From assembly GCA_044337585.1 (NCBI GenBank), contig JBIINH010000003.1, positions 1-40,239 of the forward strand: a DNA stretch of 40,239 bases, in the 5' to 3' direction. The stretch's first letter is position 1. Each line of letters begins with the position of its first letter. Below, in pieces: positions 1-9,316 of the stretch. Under the pieces are notes generated by a model. It was given only the letters and a program-made list of their open reading frames with translations, ran no database searches and was not told where the DNA came from. Origin of the DNA: Bacteroidia bacterium (GTDB lineage Bacteria; Bacteroidota; Bacteroidia; UKL13-3). The position numbers and the translations under genes were made by a program.

Positions 1-1
1 C

Positions 2-232
2 GCATGTCAGGCTGTAATTACCCTTTTTAGTGTGATTACACTACCTGTTGAATTTGATGCAAGCAATAGGGCCTTGGCATGGCTTACCACCAATGGCATT
101 GTAATGACAAACGAAAGAGACATGGCAAAAGATGCGTTGAAATGGGCCGCTATGACTTATGTAGTTGCTGCTTTAGGCGCAATAGCTTCATTGCTTTACT
201 GGGTAATGATGTTGATGGGAAGAAGAGATTAA
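2..232 (+). CDS. C-terminal fragment of an unidentified membrane protein (5' end off window)
   Basis: The frame is open from nt 2 to TAA 230-232, so the ORF-track GTG at 32 is probably internal. It ends in a hydrophobic helix (AAMTYVVAALGAIASLLYWVMMLM) and is followed by a hairpin with a T-run. No family recognised. Confidence 0.35.
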   Translation, partial: ACQAVITLFSVITLPVEFDASNRALAWLTTNGIVMTNERDMAKDALKWAAMTYVVAALGAIASLLYWVMMLMGRRD

Positions 233-253
233 TCTTTACAAGTATTGACACTT

Positions 254-287
254 AAAGCCTGCTATTAATCGTGGCAGGCTTTTTTTG
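254..287 (+). terminator. Rho-independent terminator after the left-edge gene
   Basis: AAAGCCTGC (254-262) pairs with GCAGGCTTT (274-282) around an 11-nt loop, followed by a T-run. Confidence 0.6.
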
Positions 288-345
288 TGCATTGTTTTAT
301 ACTTTTTATTCAATTAATTCGTTGTGTTGGTATCGTTTTCAGTAC

Positions 346-1410
346 GTGCAAAAAATTAAATTTAGTATATCATTTATTTTATGGCTTAGCTGCCTTTCGG
401 CTTTTTCCCAAATTGGCGGAAATTATACCTACCAATTTTTAACGGTGCACCCAAATGCACGTATCGCAGCATTGGGTGGATTAGCTATTGCTACACCTGA
501 TAATGATATTAACCTAGCAGCACAAAATCCGGCCATGCTTCGCACAGATATGCACAATCAAATTAGCTATAGCCATGTATTTTTATTTTCGGATATTCAA
601 TCAGGATATGTGGCACATGCCCGACATTATGAAGGAGTAGGCACGTTCGCTGCCGGTATTCAATACATCAGCTATGGAAATTTTCAACGTACTGCATCAA
701 ATGGCGAATCATTAGGAACGTTTACTGCAGGTGAGTACGCATTCCAAATGGCCTATTCAAAAAAACTGGATCAATATTTTTCTATAGGTGGACAAATCAA
801 ACTCATTTACTCTTCGCTAGCCGAGTTCAATTCATTTGGAGGTGCCATTGATGCCGGTATTACCTATCACAATCCGGAAAAATTATTTACGGCCTCACTT
901 GCTGTAACCAATTTCGGTACACAATTTTCTACCTATACTGATAACAGCGACCGAGAAAAACTCCCAACAAACCTGATGTTAGGAATGTCGAAAAAATTGC
1001 AAAACGCACCCTTCCGATTTACCCTTACCGGAAAATACCTAAATCAACCCGGGAAACTACTTTACCAAAATGCCAATAAACCTACCGCACAAAAAGACCT
1101 TGAAACAGGCGAAACAATTGAAGAAGATTTAAACTTTGGAAAACAAGTGATGAGCCACGTGAATGCAAATGTAGAGTTGCTTTTCGGCAAGAATTTTTAT
1201 TTTGGTTTGGGATATAATTATTTAAGGCGTTGGGAAATGGGCTTAAAAGACCTTGCCGGTGGCGCAGGTTTTTCATGGGGCTTTGGTTTAAAAATCAGCA
1301 AATTCCAACTTGCGTATGGCAATATCTCCTATTTTGTTGGTAATTCTACAGACCACCTCACCGTTATCTTTAATATCAACGATTTTAAAAAGAAGAAATC
1401 GGAGCAATAG
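346..1410 (+). CDS. porQ: Type IX secretion outer-membrane protein PorQ (PorV/PorQ superfamily)
   Basis: ORF 271-1410. I moved the start to the in-frame GTG at 346 because 271-287 lies inside the upstream terminator hairpin. A signal-like KIKFSISFILWLSCLSAFSQ is followed by GGNYTYQFL..ARIAALGG..AQNPAML, and the rest is beta-rich and ends in an aromatic-rich C-terminus. The family call and the porQ-cmk adjacency are from memory. Confidence 0.7.
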   Translation: MQKIKFSISFILWLSCLSAFSQIGGNYTYQFLTVHPNARIAALGGLAIATPDNDINLAAQNPAMLRTDMHNQISYSHVFLFSDIQSGYVAHARHYEGVGTFAAGIQYISYGNFQRTASNGESLGTFTAGEYAFQMAYSKKLDQYFSIGGQIKLIYSSLAEFNSFGGAIDAGITYHNPEKLFTASLAVTNFGTQFSTYTDNSDREKLPTNLMLGMSKKLQNAPFRFTLTGKYLNQPGKLLYQNANKPTAQKDLETGETIEEDLNFGKQVMSHVNANVELLFGKNFYFGLGYNYLRRWEMGLKDLAGGAGFSWGFGLKISKFQLAYGNISYFVGNSTDHLTVIFNINDFKKKKSEQ

Positions 1411-1584
1411 CGAAAATTGGTTTTATCCCGAATTATGCATTAGATGATGATTGTATAAAAAACGGACTAATGCTTTCGGGATTCTCGAATCTAAGCATTA
1501 GAAAACTAAATTTTTACAATATTTATGCTTATTGCATTTTTTCTAATGCTTGATTTGGGTTTATTTGCTAAAACATTTTTGCAA

Positions 1585-2268
1585 ATGCCCCACATCATCA
1601 TTGCTATTGACGGATATTCTTCATGCGGTAAAAGCACACTTGCTAAAGAACTAGCCAGGCATATTGGCTACAAGTATATTGATACCGGTGCTATGTACCG
1701 TGCAGTTGCGTTATACTTACTTCGCAACCAAATTGATATTCATCATCCCGAACACGTAGAGCAGGCATTACATGATATTCAAATTCATTTTGAACTCAAC
1801 AACCGCCACCAAGACATTTTTTTGAATGGGGAAAATGTGGAAGAAGAAATCCGCATCAATCCACGTGTGGCAAGTACTGTTAGCGATGTAAGTGCCATTA
1901 GTTCGGTGCGTAGGTTTCTGGTGAAGCAACAACAAGAAATGGGCAAAGACAAAGGCATTGTGATGGATGGACGGGATATTGGTACTGTGGTATTTCCACA
2001 AGCTGAACTTAAATTATTTGTAACTGCCGACCCAAAAATTCGCGCGCAAAGAAGGTTTGATGAACTGACGGCAAAAGGTCAAGACACCACATTCGAAGAA
2101 GTATTGGCTAATCTTGCCAAGCGCGATCATATTGACAGTACCCGCGAAGATAGCCCTTTGAAACAAGCTGATGACGCCATTTTATTGGACAACTCGCACA
2201 TGAATCGGGAGCAGCAATTTGCATTTGCGCTCGACCTAATTAATAAAAAAATTCAGGCAACTGCATAA
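1585..2268 (+). CDS. cmk: Cytidylate kinase
   Basis: IIIAIDGYSSCGKSTLAKELA (P-loop), YIDTGAMYRA and GIVMDGRDIGTVVFP are typical Cmk blocks. The start was moved to ATG 1585; the ORF-track 1525 start adds a non-conserved hydrophobic extension. Confidence 0.93.
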   Translation: MPHIIIAIDGYSSCGKSTLAKELARHIGYKYIDTGAMYRAVALYLLRNQIDIHHPEHVEQALHDIQIHFELNNRHQDIFLNGENVEEEIRINPRVASTVSDVSAISSVRRFLVKQQQEMGKDKGIVMDGRDIGTVVFPQAELKLFVTADPKIRAQRRFDELTAKGQDTTFEEVLANLAKRDHIDSTREDSPLKQADDAILLDNSHMNREQQFAFALDLINKKIQATA

Positions 2269-2437
2269 ACCCGAATAAATAAAAAGTCTATTTACATTTG
2301 GTTAATGACGATCTTGCCAAGTTAATCATTACAAAAATTGAGGATTCTCAAATTCATTGTTTTGAGCATCAGATTAATTCTGATACTTGATTGGAAATTG
2401 GGTATCCACTATTATACCAGTAAACAAGGATTGACAT

Positions 2438-2598
2438 TAGATATATCTGCCAGTGTCTGTTTTGTTGCTTTTGAGCGTGGGCTAGTGTAAGCAATGAGCG
2501 CTAGGCCTTGTATATTTTTTTGCGTAGCTTACAAGATCAGATTGGCTGTCTTCATTGCGTGAAAACAAGCAGCAATTACAGACACCAAGATATATCTA
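2438..2598. repeat. Long-range imperfect inverted repeat (candidate structured sRNA or MITE)
   Basis: 2438-2448 pairs with 2588-2598 (11 bp). 2453-2460 pairs with 2578-2585 (8 bp). 2462-2470 pairs with 2567-2575 (9 bp, one G-U). 2491-2497 pairs with 2553-2559 (7 bp). There is no credible ORF here. See findings. Confidence 0.4.
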
Positions 2599-2720
2599 CA
2601 GTCTTGACTTTTTGGTACTTTTGTGTCAAGACAAAAGTACGAAGAAGTCCCTTTGGTGAAGAAAAACTATTCAAGCTAAAGTTATTGCGTGTAAACATAT
2701 TGACACTCAATTTTGGCGTA

Positions 2721-2765
2721 AAAAAAATCCCGAACACTTTCGCATCCGGGATTTAAAACTTTTTT
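2721..2765 (-). terminator. Rho-independent terminator of efp
   Basis: AAATCCCG (2725-2732) pairs with CGGGATTT (2747-2754). On the minus strand the stem is followed by a T8 run (A-run 2720-2727 on plus), directly downstream of the efp stop at 2776. Confidence 0.7.
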
Positions 2766-2775
2766 GTTGTTATAC

Positions 2776-3339
2776 TTATTCTTTCACACGCTCCACATAG
2801 TCGCCTGTGCGGGTATCAACTTTTACTTTATCTCCAACGTTGCAGAACAGAGGAACCATTACTTCAGCTCCATTATCCAAAGTTGCAGGCTTTAATGTAT
2901 TGGTTGCAGTATCGCCTCTTACGCCAGGTTCGGCATAGGTAATTTCTAATATGACAAAAGTTGGTGGCTCAGCTCCTATAGGCTCATCACCTTCAAACGA
3001 TACTTTTACCGTCATTTCTTCTTTCAAAAATTTTGCAGCATCGCCAAACATAGTCTCGCTAATATATACCTGCTCAAACGATTCAGGATCCATCAACACC
3101 AGATTGGTTCCATCTTTATATAAATATTGCATATCACGAAACTCAACCCTTACCATCTCTACACTTTCGCCCGCACGAAAACGGTGCTCCATTTGCTTAC
3201 CGGTTTTCACATTGCGCAACACCACCTGATAAAATGCACGCAGGTTCCCCGGTGTGCGGTGTTGGTATTCCATTACCTGACACAAATCGTTGTTGTATTT
3301 GATAAAACATCCTTTAAATAAATCACCTGTATTTGCCAT
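2776..3339 (-). CDS. efp: Elongation factor P
   Basis: MANTGDLFKG..IKYNNDLCQVMEYQHRTPGNLRAFYQVVLRNVKTGK and a 187-aa length fit EF-P. The start was moved to ATG 3339; the ORF-track start at 3381 adds 14 aa. Confidence 0.95.
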   Translation of the reverse strand: MANTGDLFKGCFIKYNNDLCQVMEYQHRTPGNLRAFYQVVLRNVKTGKQMEHRFRAGESVEMVRVEFRDMQYLYKDGTNLVLMDPESFEQVYISETMFGDAAKFLKEEMTVKVSFEGDEPIGAEPPTFVILEITYAEPGVRGDTATNTLKPATLDNGAEVMVPLFCNVGDKVKVDTRTGDYVERVKE

Positions 3340-3431
3340 AATCAATTTTAATGAGGCGCGAAAATGCAAAAACACGTTCATTTTAACAAACTTTATCTGC
3401 TTTTACTACATTGCATGAAAATTCTACAATC

Positions 3432-4676
3432 ATGAGTTTATCATCATATACCGTTGCCGAGCGCCTGATGCGTTATGTGCAAATAGATACTACTGCAGAC
3501 CCCAATTCGGAAACCATACCCAGCAGCATGAAACAAAAAAAACTATCCGAAATGTTGGCAAACGAATTGAAAGCTTTTGGCATTGTTGACGCACATTCGG
3601 ATGAATGGGGCTATGTGTATGCAACCATTCTATCAAATACCGACAAACAGGTTCCGGTAATTTGTTTTTGCTCGCATGTAGATACAGCACCCGATTGCAG
3701 CGGAACAGATGTGAAACCCATTTTGCATAAAAACTGGAATGGAGAAGATATTGTATTACCGGATGACAATACTGTAATTATTTCCAAGTATGAACATCCT
3801 TATTTATTGGAACGCATAGGTGACGACATCATTACCGCTTCTGGAAAAACCTTATTAGGAGCTGATGACAAGGCAGGCATAGCCATTATTATGAACCTCG
3901 CAGAATACTTAATGTCTACCCCTGAAGTAAAACACGGAACTATAAAAATACTATTTACACCAGACGAAGAAATTGGCCGCGGGGTAGATAAAGTTGACAT
4001 GGAAAAACTGGGTGCAGATTACGGATACACATTAGATGGAGGCGAACGCGGAACACTGGAAGGTGAAAATTTTAGTGCAGATGGATGTACCGTTACCTTT
4101 TACGGAATTAGTGCTCATCCGGGTTATGCAAAAGGAAAAATGGTAAATGCACAAAAAGTGTTGGCTCAATTTATCAGCAACTTACCCGGCAACCATCTTT
4201 GTCCTGAAACTACGGATGGATACCAAGGTTTTGTGCATCCTGTGCATATTGAAGGCGGGTTAGAAAAAGCAACTGCTCAGTTTATCATTCGAGATTTTGA
4301 AACTGCAAAGCTTGCTCATCACGAAGAGTTATTAGCTAACCTTGCAGACGAAGCCACAAAATTATTTCCCGGTTCGCGATTTGAGATACAGATAAAGGAA
4401 CAATACCGAAACATGAAAGAAGCACTGGATCAACATCCTCATGTAATGAACCATGCAGTTGAAGCATACAAACGTGCAGGATTAAATCCTGAAATAACCA
4501 ATATCCGAGGTGGCACGGATGGCGCACGTTTGAGTTTTCTTGGATTGCCTTGCCCCAATATATTTACAGGAGAAATGGCCATACACAGCAAACAAGAATA
4601 TGTGAGTGTGCAGGATATGCAAAAAGCTGTGGATGTATGTGTAGAGCTAGTGAATATTTGGGCCACATCGGATTAA
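3432..4676 (+). CDS. pepT: Peptidase T (tripeptide aminopeptidase, M20B)
   Basis: RYVQIDT, FCSHVDTAPD, GADDKAGIA, FTPDEEIGRG and IRGGTDGA are metal and catalytic blocks typical of PepT. The first ATG is at 3432; the ORF-track TTG is at 3411. Confidence 0.9.
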   Translation: MSLSSYTVAERLMRYVQIDTTADPNSETIPSSMKQKKLSEMLANELKAFGIVDAHSDEWGYVYATILSNTDKQVPVICFCSHVDTAPDCSGTDVKPILHKNWNGEDIVLPDDNTVIISKYEHPYLLERIGDDIITASGKTLLGADDKAGIAIIMNLAEYLMSTPEVKHGTIKILFTPDEEIGRGVDKVDMEKLGADYGYTLDGGERGTLEGENFSADGCTVTFYGISAHPGYAKGKMVNAQKVLAQFISNLPGNHLCPETTDGYQGFVHPVHIEGGLEKATAQFIIRDFETAKLAHHEELLANLADEATKLFPGSRFEIQIKEQYRNMKEALDQHPHVMNHAVEAYKRAGLNPEITNIRGGTDGARLSFLGLPCPNIFTGEMAIHSKQEYVSVQDMQKAVDVCVELVNIWATSD

Positions 4677-4716
4677 TTATTGGCATATTTATTATTCATG
4701 CTTATGCATTACATTA

Positions 4717-5235
4717 TCATTTGGTAGAAAAATTTCTTCCCAAGCTAATACCAAGCCAATTGGTGTATTTCCCGTTTATGATTAAAGGAGTATAATTCAC
4801 CCTAAAATATGCCTTATTGGTTTCTACTATTCTAAATCCCACAACCCCTGTTGGTACAATTTCGCGATCAGAAAACCCCTGAGTCATCATTGTAAAACCT
4901 AAACCCAATTCAATTCGCTCTTTTCGTTGGCCAAATAAAATAGAGGTAGTGAAGGGAAATAAAAATGTATTTCCATCCACATATACTTGATTCAACATGG
5001 TATAATCTGAAGGGTTATAGGCTGCTCCTATTCGGGCTACCCATCCAACTGCTTCTTTTCTGTAAAGTACCTTTTCGTAATTCAACGAATAGAACAATCC
5101 TGAGCCAAACACTTCAACAAACCAGTTATTGGTACCTGCAGGCTCCCTATATGTATCATTATCCTGAGCGTTAAGTATATTGCACCAAACAAATGACACT
5201 GCAACAAAAAACCATTTATATTTATTCATCTTCAT
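4717..5235 (-). CDS. Hypothetical secreted beta-rich protein
   Basis: 172-aa ORF with an N-terminal signal peptide (KWFFVAVSFVWCNILNAQ) and an alternating beta-strand-like pattern. No family recognised. Confidence 0.5.
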   Translation of the reverse strand: MKMNKYKWFFVAVSFVWCNILNAQDNDTYREPAGTNNWFVEVFGSGLFYSLNYEKVLYRKEAVGWVARIGAAYNPSDYTMLNQVYVDGNTFLFPFTTSILFGQRKERIELGLGFTMMTQGFSDREIVPTGVVGFRIVETNKAYFRVNYTPLIINGKYTNWLGISLGRNFSTK

Positions 5236-5293
5236 TTTGAAAAAGTTATTACAATATTACCAAATATTTTCAGACCTCAGTTTGGATGTTGTG

Positions 5294-6082
5294 ATGGGGG
5301 TATGCTGCAACATGATTGCAATTGATTATTGTTATCATTTGCACATGTCGGTGGTTTGGTATGTGGGACTTACTGCTGCCACATGGATGGTTTATTTGAG
5401 TGATCATTTATTTGACATTATTAAATCTACGAAGCCTTCCCTAACCAGTCGACATCAGTTTATCAGAAGTCAACAAAAATCAATCATTGGTTTGATTACG
5501 CTTTTATTTGTTGCATGCACCATATTGTTAATTATGGATAATAACAACAAACTGATATTTGCTGCTGCAATGTGTGTCCCATTAATTATTGTTTATTTCG
5601 GACTTACATTTATTGCAAGTAGTCGCTTTCAGTGGCTATTCAATAAAGAGTTATTGGTAGCGTTTATTTACACATTCTCCATATATTCAATATTGACTAT
5701 AAATAGTTATGATTGGCCAGCATACTTACCAGCATTTTTGACTTTGTTCGTAATCAGTTATTGCAACTTATTGATGATGTCGATATTGGAAATGAACAAT
5801 GATATACAAGCAGGTAAATTTTCTTGGGCATTACTACTTGGTAATAAAAAGTCGGAGTGTCTTTTATTTGCTGTTTTTATTGTCGGTTTCAGCGTCATTG
5901 GTTATGGCATGTTGCAAGCACAATCTGATCGGGTATTTTGGCTGATGTGCATTTACCTTTTTATGTTACTAATGCATATTGGACTATTCATTGCTGCAAA
6001 AAAAACATATAAAATCAATTACGTACGTAATTTGAGCGATATCGCATTTTGGTCCCCGATAGTGATTATAGTTATTCATTAA
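5294..6082 (+). CDS. Polytopic membrane protein, UbiA-prenyltransferase-like
   Basis: Several hydrophobic helices. YLSDHLFD (DxxxD-like) and NNDIQAGKFSWALLLG resemble the two UbiA-superfamily motifs. The start was set to ATG 5294 because the ORF-track start at 5180 overlaps the divergent gene. Confidence 0.45.
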   Translation: MGVCCNMIAIDYCYHLHMSVVWYVGLTAATWMVYLSDHLFDIIKSTKPSLTSRHQFIRSQQKSIIGLITLLFVACTILLIMDNNNKLIFAAAMCVPLIIVYFGLTFIASSRFQWLFNKELLVAFIYTFSIYSILTINSYDWPAYLPAFLTLFVISYCNLLMMSILEMNNDIQAGKFSWALLLGNKKSECLLFAVFIVGFSVIGYGMLQAQSDRVFWLMCIYLFMLLMHIGLFIAAKKTYKINYVRNLSDIAFWSPIVIIVIH

Positions 6083-8586
6083 CGGTTGCGCAAATCGTTC
6101 AATTTTTCTTCCAATTGTATGGTGTCAGTTATCAACACTTCACGTGCTTTGCTTCCTTTGAATGGTCCTACAATTCCTGCCTTTTCAAGTTGATCAATTA
6201 ATCTTCCTGCACGATTGTAGCCAAGGTTAAGTCTTCTTTGCAATAAGGATGTGCTACCTTGCTGATGATGCACAATGATTTGAGCAGCCTCTTCAAACAA
6301 TTCGTCACGTTGGCGTGGGTCAAAATCTTCTCCGCCACCTTCATCTCCATCTATTTTAACTTCGGGTAATATGTAGGGTTCTTTACCTTGCTGTTGACCA
6401 ATAAAATTGGTGATATCATCAACTTCCGGTGTATCTACAAATGCACATTGCAAACGTATCAAATCATTTCCATTGCTAAAAAGCATATCGCCTTTTCCAA
6501 TAAGTTGGTCGGCACCATTGGCATCAAGTATGGTTCGCGAATCAATTTTTTGAGACACTCTAAATGCAACCCTTGCAGGGAAATTAGCTTTTATGGTACC
6601 AGTAATGATATTAACGGAAGGACGCTGTGTAGCAAGTATTAAGTGAATTCCGATTGCACGTGCCAATTGAGCCAATCTGGCAATTGGTAATTCTACTTCT
6701 TTTCCAGCTGTCATCATCAAATCGGCCAACTCATCAATCACAACAACGATATATGGCAAATATCGATGTCCTTTCTCAGGATTGAGTTTTCGTTTGATAA
6801 ATCGCTGATTGTATTCTTTGATGTTTCGAACACCCGCATCTTTTAGTAAATCATAACGTGCATCCATTTCTACACAAAGCGAATTCAAGGTATTTACCAC
6901 AAGTTTGGTATCTGTGATAATGGCATCAGCATCACCGGGAATTTTGGCCAAAAAATGGCGTTCAATGGTCTTATAAATGTTTAGTTCTACCTTTTTGGGA
7001 TCAACCAAGACAAACTTAATTTGTGACGGGTGTTTTTTGTACAGCAACGAAACAAGTATAGCGTTTAACCCAACAGACTTTCCTTGTCCCGTAGCACCTG
7101 CCATCAATAAGTGCGGCATTTTTGCCAAATCAGCCACAAATACTTCATTCTGTATATTTCTGCCAAATGCAATGGGCAATTCCATATCTGCATTTTGAAA
7201 TTTCGCGCTAGCTATTACCCCACGCATAGCAACCATTGCAGGCTTTTCATTTGGCACTTCAATACCTATGGTTCCTCTTCCGGGAATTGGGGCAATGATT
7301 CGAATACCCAAGGCAGCTAAACTTAAAGCAATGTCATCTTCTAGGTTTTTTATTTTTGCGATACGCACACCATCCTGAGGAACAATTTCATACAACGTAA
7401 CGGTTGGACCAATGGTTGCCGAAATCTTTTTAATGCCAATATTGTAATTCTTGAGTGTATCCTCAATCATCTTGGTCTTTTGTTGCAACTCAGCTGTTTC
7501 AACATTTGCTTTGTTGTCGCCATAATCTTTCAAAAGCTCAAGGGTAGGAAACTGATAGTTTGCAAAATCAAGTGTTGGGTCGTAATCACTGCCAATTTCC
7601 CCATATGCTGGCAGGGCATCAGGCATGTTCTCATCAAGTAACTCCTCTTCAATTGTATCGTTTACTTCTAATACTAAATCTGTTTCTGCAATTGGTTCAA
7701 TAATTTCCTCGGGGTCAAAAATGGGTTCGGGTATTACTACTGGTGTAATTGGTGTTACATTCAGTTCGGGCAATTCGGATTCAATCAATTTAGGAATCTC
7801 TATTTCTTCAATCGTATTTTGCTTAAGTACAAAATCATCAGGATTGAGGTGTTCAAGAAATGATTGTTCCTCATCCGTTCTATTTAGATTTGATTTTTCA
7901 TCAGCCAATTGAATATCAATATCAGAAACGGGCTTAGGAGAGTAAAATCTCAAATTAAAAATTGCAATCATGCAGGTGAGTGCGAATGTCAATAATAAAA
8001 ATCCGGTTCCTACCAAACCCAATATTCCCTTTAGATACTGCACTCCAAAATGGCCGTATGTGCCACCCAACACCTGCCAGATGTCCTGAAACAAAAACCC
8101 AGATACCAAAGGAAACCATAAGGAAATCAACAATCCATATTTGAACGTTTTGCCGATAGGCAATAGCTCAACTTGAGAAAGTAGTTTCACTCCCACTGCA
8201 AATAGCAACACAGCAATATAATATGCCGATATTCCTACTCCTTTGTATACCAGCGTGTATCCAACCCATGCTCCCAACTTACCTAAAATATTGTGTGCAG
8301 CCAATGGGTCATATATCCAAAAATAATCCCAACTCATATGTCTCGCCAATTGCTGGTCTTTATCCCATGTAAACAAGAAAGAACTCACAGCAAATGCTAC
8401 ATATACAGATGACAAGGTAAATACCAATCCAATAATTTTTTGCACACGCTCATCTGCTAATCGGCTAAAAACACCTGATTTTGAGGATGCAGCAGCAGTT
8501 TCCACTTCAGGCTTTTCCTTTTCAAAATCTTCCGCTTCTTTTCCCTCCTCTATTTTACTTATAATATTTGATTTACGTTTCGCCAT
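6079..8586 (-). CDS. ftsK: DNA translocase FtsK
   Basis: N-terminal TM helices, an acidic linker, a motor domain with MPHLLMAGATGQGKSVGLN (Walker A) and YIVVVIDELADLMM (Walker B), and a C-terminal gamma domain (STSLLQRRLNLGYNRAGRLIDQLE). Confidence 0.95.
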   Translation of the reverse strand: MAKRKSNIISKIEEGKEAEDFEKEKPEVETAAASSKSGVFSRLADERVQKIIGLVFTLSSVYVAFAVSSFLFTWDKDQQLARHMSWDYFWIYDPLAAHNILGKLGAWVGYTLVYKGVGISAYYIAVLLFAVGVKLLSQVELLPIGKTFKYGLLISLWFPLVSGFLFQDIWQVLGGTYGHFGVQYLKGILGLVGTGFLLLTFALTCMIAIFNLRFYSPKPVSDIDIQLADEKSNLNRTDEEQSFLEHLNPDDFVLKQNTIEEIEIPKLIESELPELNVTPITPVVIPEPIFDPEEIIEPIAETDLVLEVNDTIEEELLDENMPDALPAYGEIGSDYDPTLDFANYQFPTLELLKDYGDNKANVETAELQQKTKMIEDTLKNYNIGIKKISATIGPTVTLYEIVPQDGVRIAKIKNLEDDIALSLAALGIRIIAPIPGRGTIGIEVPNEKPAMVAMRGVIASAKFQNADMELPIAFGRNIQNEVFVADLAKMPHLLMAGATGQGKSVGLNAILVSLLYKKHPSQIKFVLVDPKKVELNIYKTIERHFLAKIPGDADAIITDTKLVVNTLNSLCVEMDARYDLLKDAGVRNIKEYNQRFIKRKLNPEKGHRYLPYIVVVIDELADLMMTAGKEVELPIARLAQLARAIGIHLILATQRPSVNIITGTIKANFPARVAFRVSQKIDSRTILDANGADQLIGKGDMLFSNGNDLIRLQCAFVDTPEVDDITNFIGQQQGKEPYILPEVKIDGDEGGGEDFDPRQRDELFEEAAQIIVHHQQGSTSLLQRRLNLGYNRAGRLIDQLEKAGIVGPFKGSKAREVLITDTIQLEEKLNDLRNR

Positions 8587-8744
8587 TGATATCTTACAAA
8601 AATAGCCTTAGCAGTGGCTATCAGCCATTAAGTTTTAAACCTTTACACAACATCTAAAAAAAGTGCAGTATTTTAAGCACAATTCATGCTTGTAAATTCG
8701 CTTGGTTGCTTATTTTCGCCATCCCCATTCAATTAATAACAGAT

Positions 8745-9287
8745 ATGCCCAATCAAAACGCGTTTTTTATTTTTCTGGAATTTCTTAAATATTTAATTCC
8801 TGCACTTGTAACCTTTTTAGTAGTTTATTTCCTATTGAAAAGCTATTTCGATAATGAAATCAGTAAACGAAGAATGGAACTCAGACTTGAGCAAAATAAG
8901 ATACTTACCCCATTAAAACTTCAGGCTTACGAGCGGATGGTTATTTTAATGGAACGCATGACTCCAAACAACCTTATTTTTCGAGTTACACAACCCGGAA
9001 TTTCCGCATCGCAACTTAAGCAAGATTTAATTTCAGATATCAACAACGAATTTAACCACAATCTTTCACAGCAAGTATATGTATCACCACAAGCTTGGCA
9101 AATGGTGCGTATCAGCAAAGAAGAGATGGTAAATATTATCAACACCGCCTATGCGCAGCTTGGCCCCAATGCTGTAGGATTGGATTTAAGCAAAAGCATT
9201 TTTGAAACCATGATTAAAATGGAAAATATTCCAACTTTAAAAGCGCTGGAATTTCTCAGAAAAGAATTCCATATCATGTTTGACTAA
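8745..9287 (+). CDS. Hypothetical membrane-anchored protein
   Basis: ORF 8706-9287. ATG 8745 gives MPNQNAFF followed by one TM helix (LIPALVTFLVVYFLL) and a soluble helical domain. No family recognised. Confidence 0.5.
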   Translation: MPNQNAFFIFLEFLKYLIPALVTFLVVYFLLKSYFDNEISKRRMELRLEQNKILTPLKLQAYERMVILMERMTPNNLIFRVTQPGISASQLKQDLISDINNEFNHNLSQQVYVSPQAWQMVRISKEEMVNIINTAYAQLGPNAVGLDLSKSIFETMIKMENIPTLKALEFLRKEFHIMFD

Positions 9288-9316
9288 ATTAAAATTAGAA
9301 CAGATTCGCAAACCCA

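Noticed and set aside
271-345. N-terminal extensions implied by the ORF-track starts: porQ 271, cmk 1525, efp 3381, pepT 3411, 5180, 8706, mutY 18739 and 39646
   Set aside because: The extensions overlap terminators or divergent genes, or add non-conserved residues ahead of recognisable N-termini or signal peptides. Internal starts were used instead.
2641-2650. GAAGAAGTCC resembling the RNase P RNA P4 motif GAGGAAAGUCC
   Set aside because: The length and sequence do not match, there is no matching 3' P4 strand, and the GC-rich stems expected of RNase P RNA are absent.
2508-2756. 82-aa plus-strand ORF in the cmk-efp gap
   Set aside because: It starts at TTG, has an odd Cys/Trp/Phe-rich composition and runs through the inverted repeat, both alternative hairpins and the efp terminator stem. 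It is more likely a chance ORF in non-coding DNA.
6079-6082. 4-nt overlap (TTAA) of the convergent UbiA-like and ftsK stop codons with no terminator between them
   Set aside because: The overlap is real but trivial. TTAA encodes TAA on both strands, and there is no evidence of functional significance.
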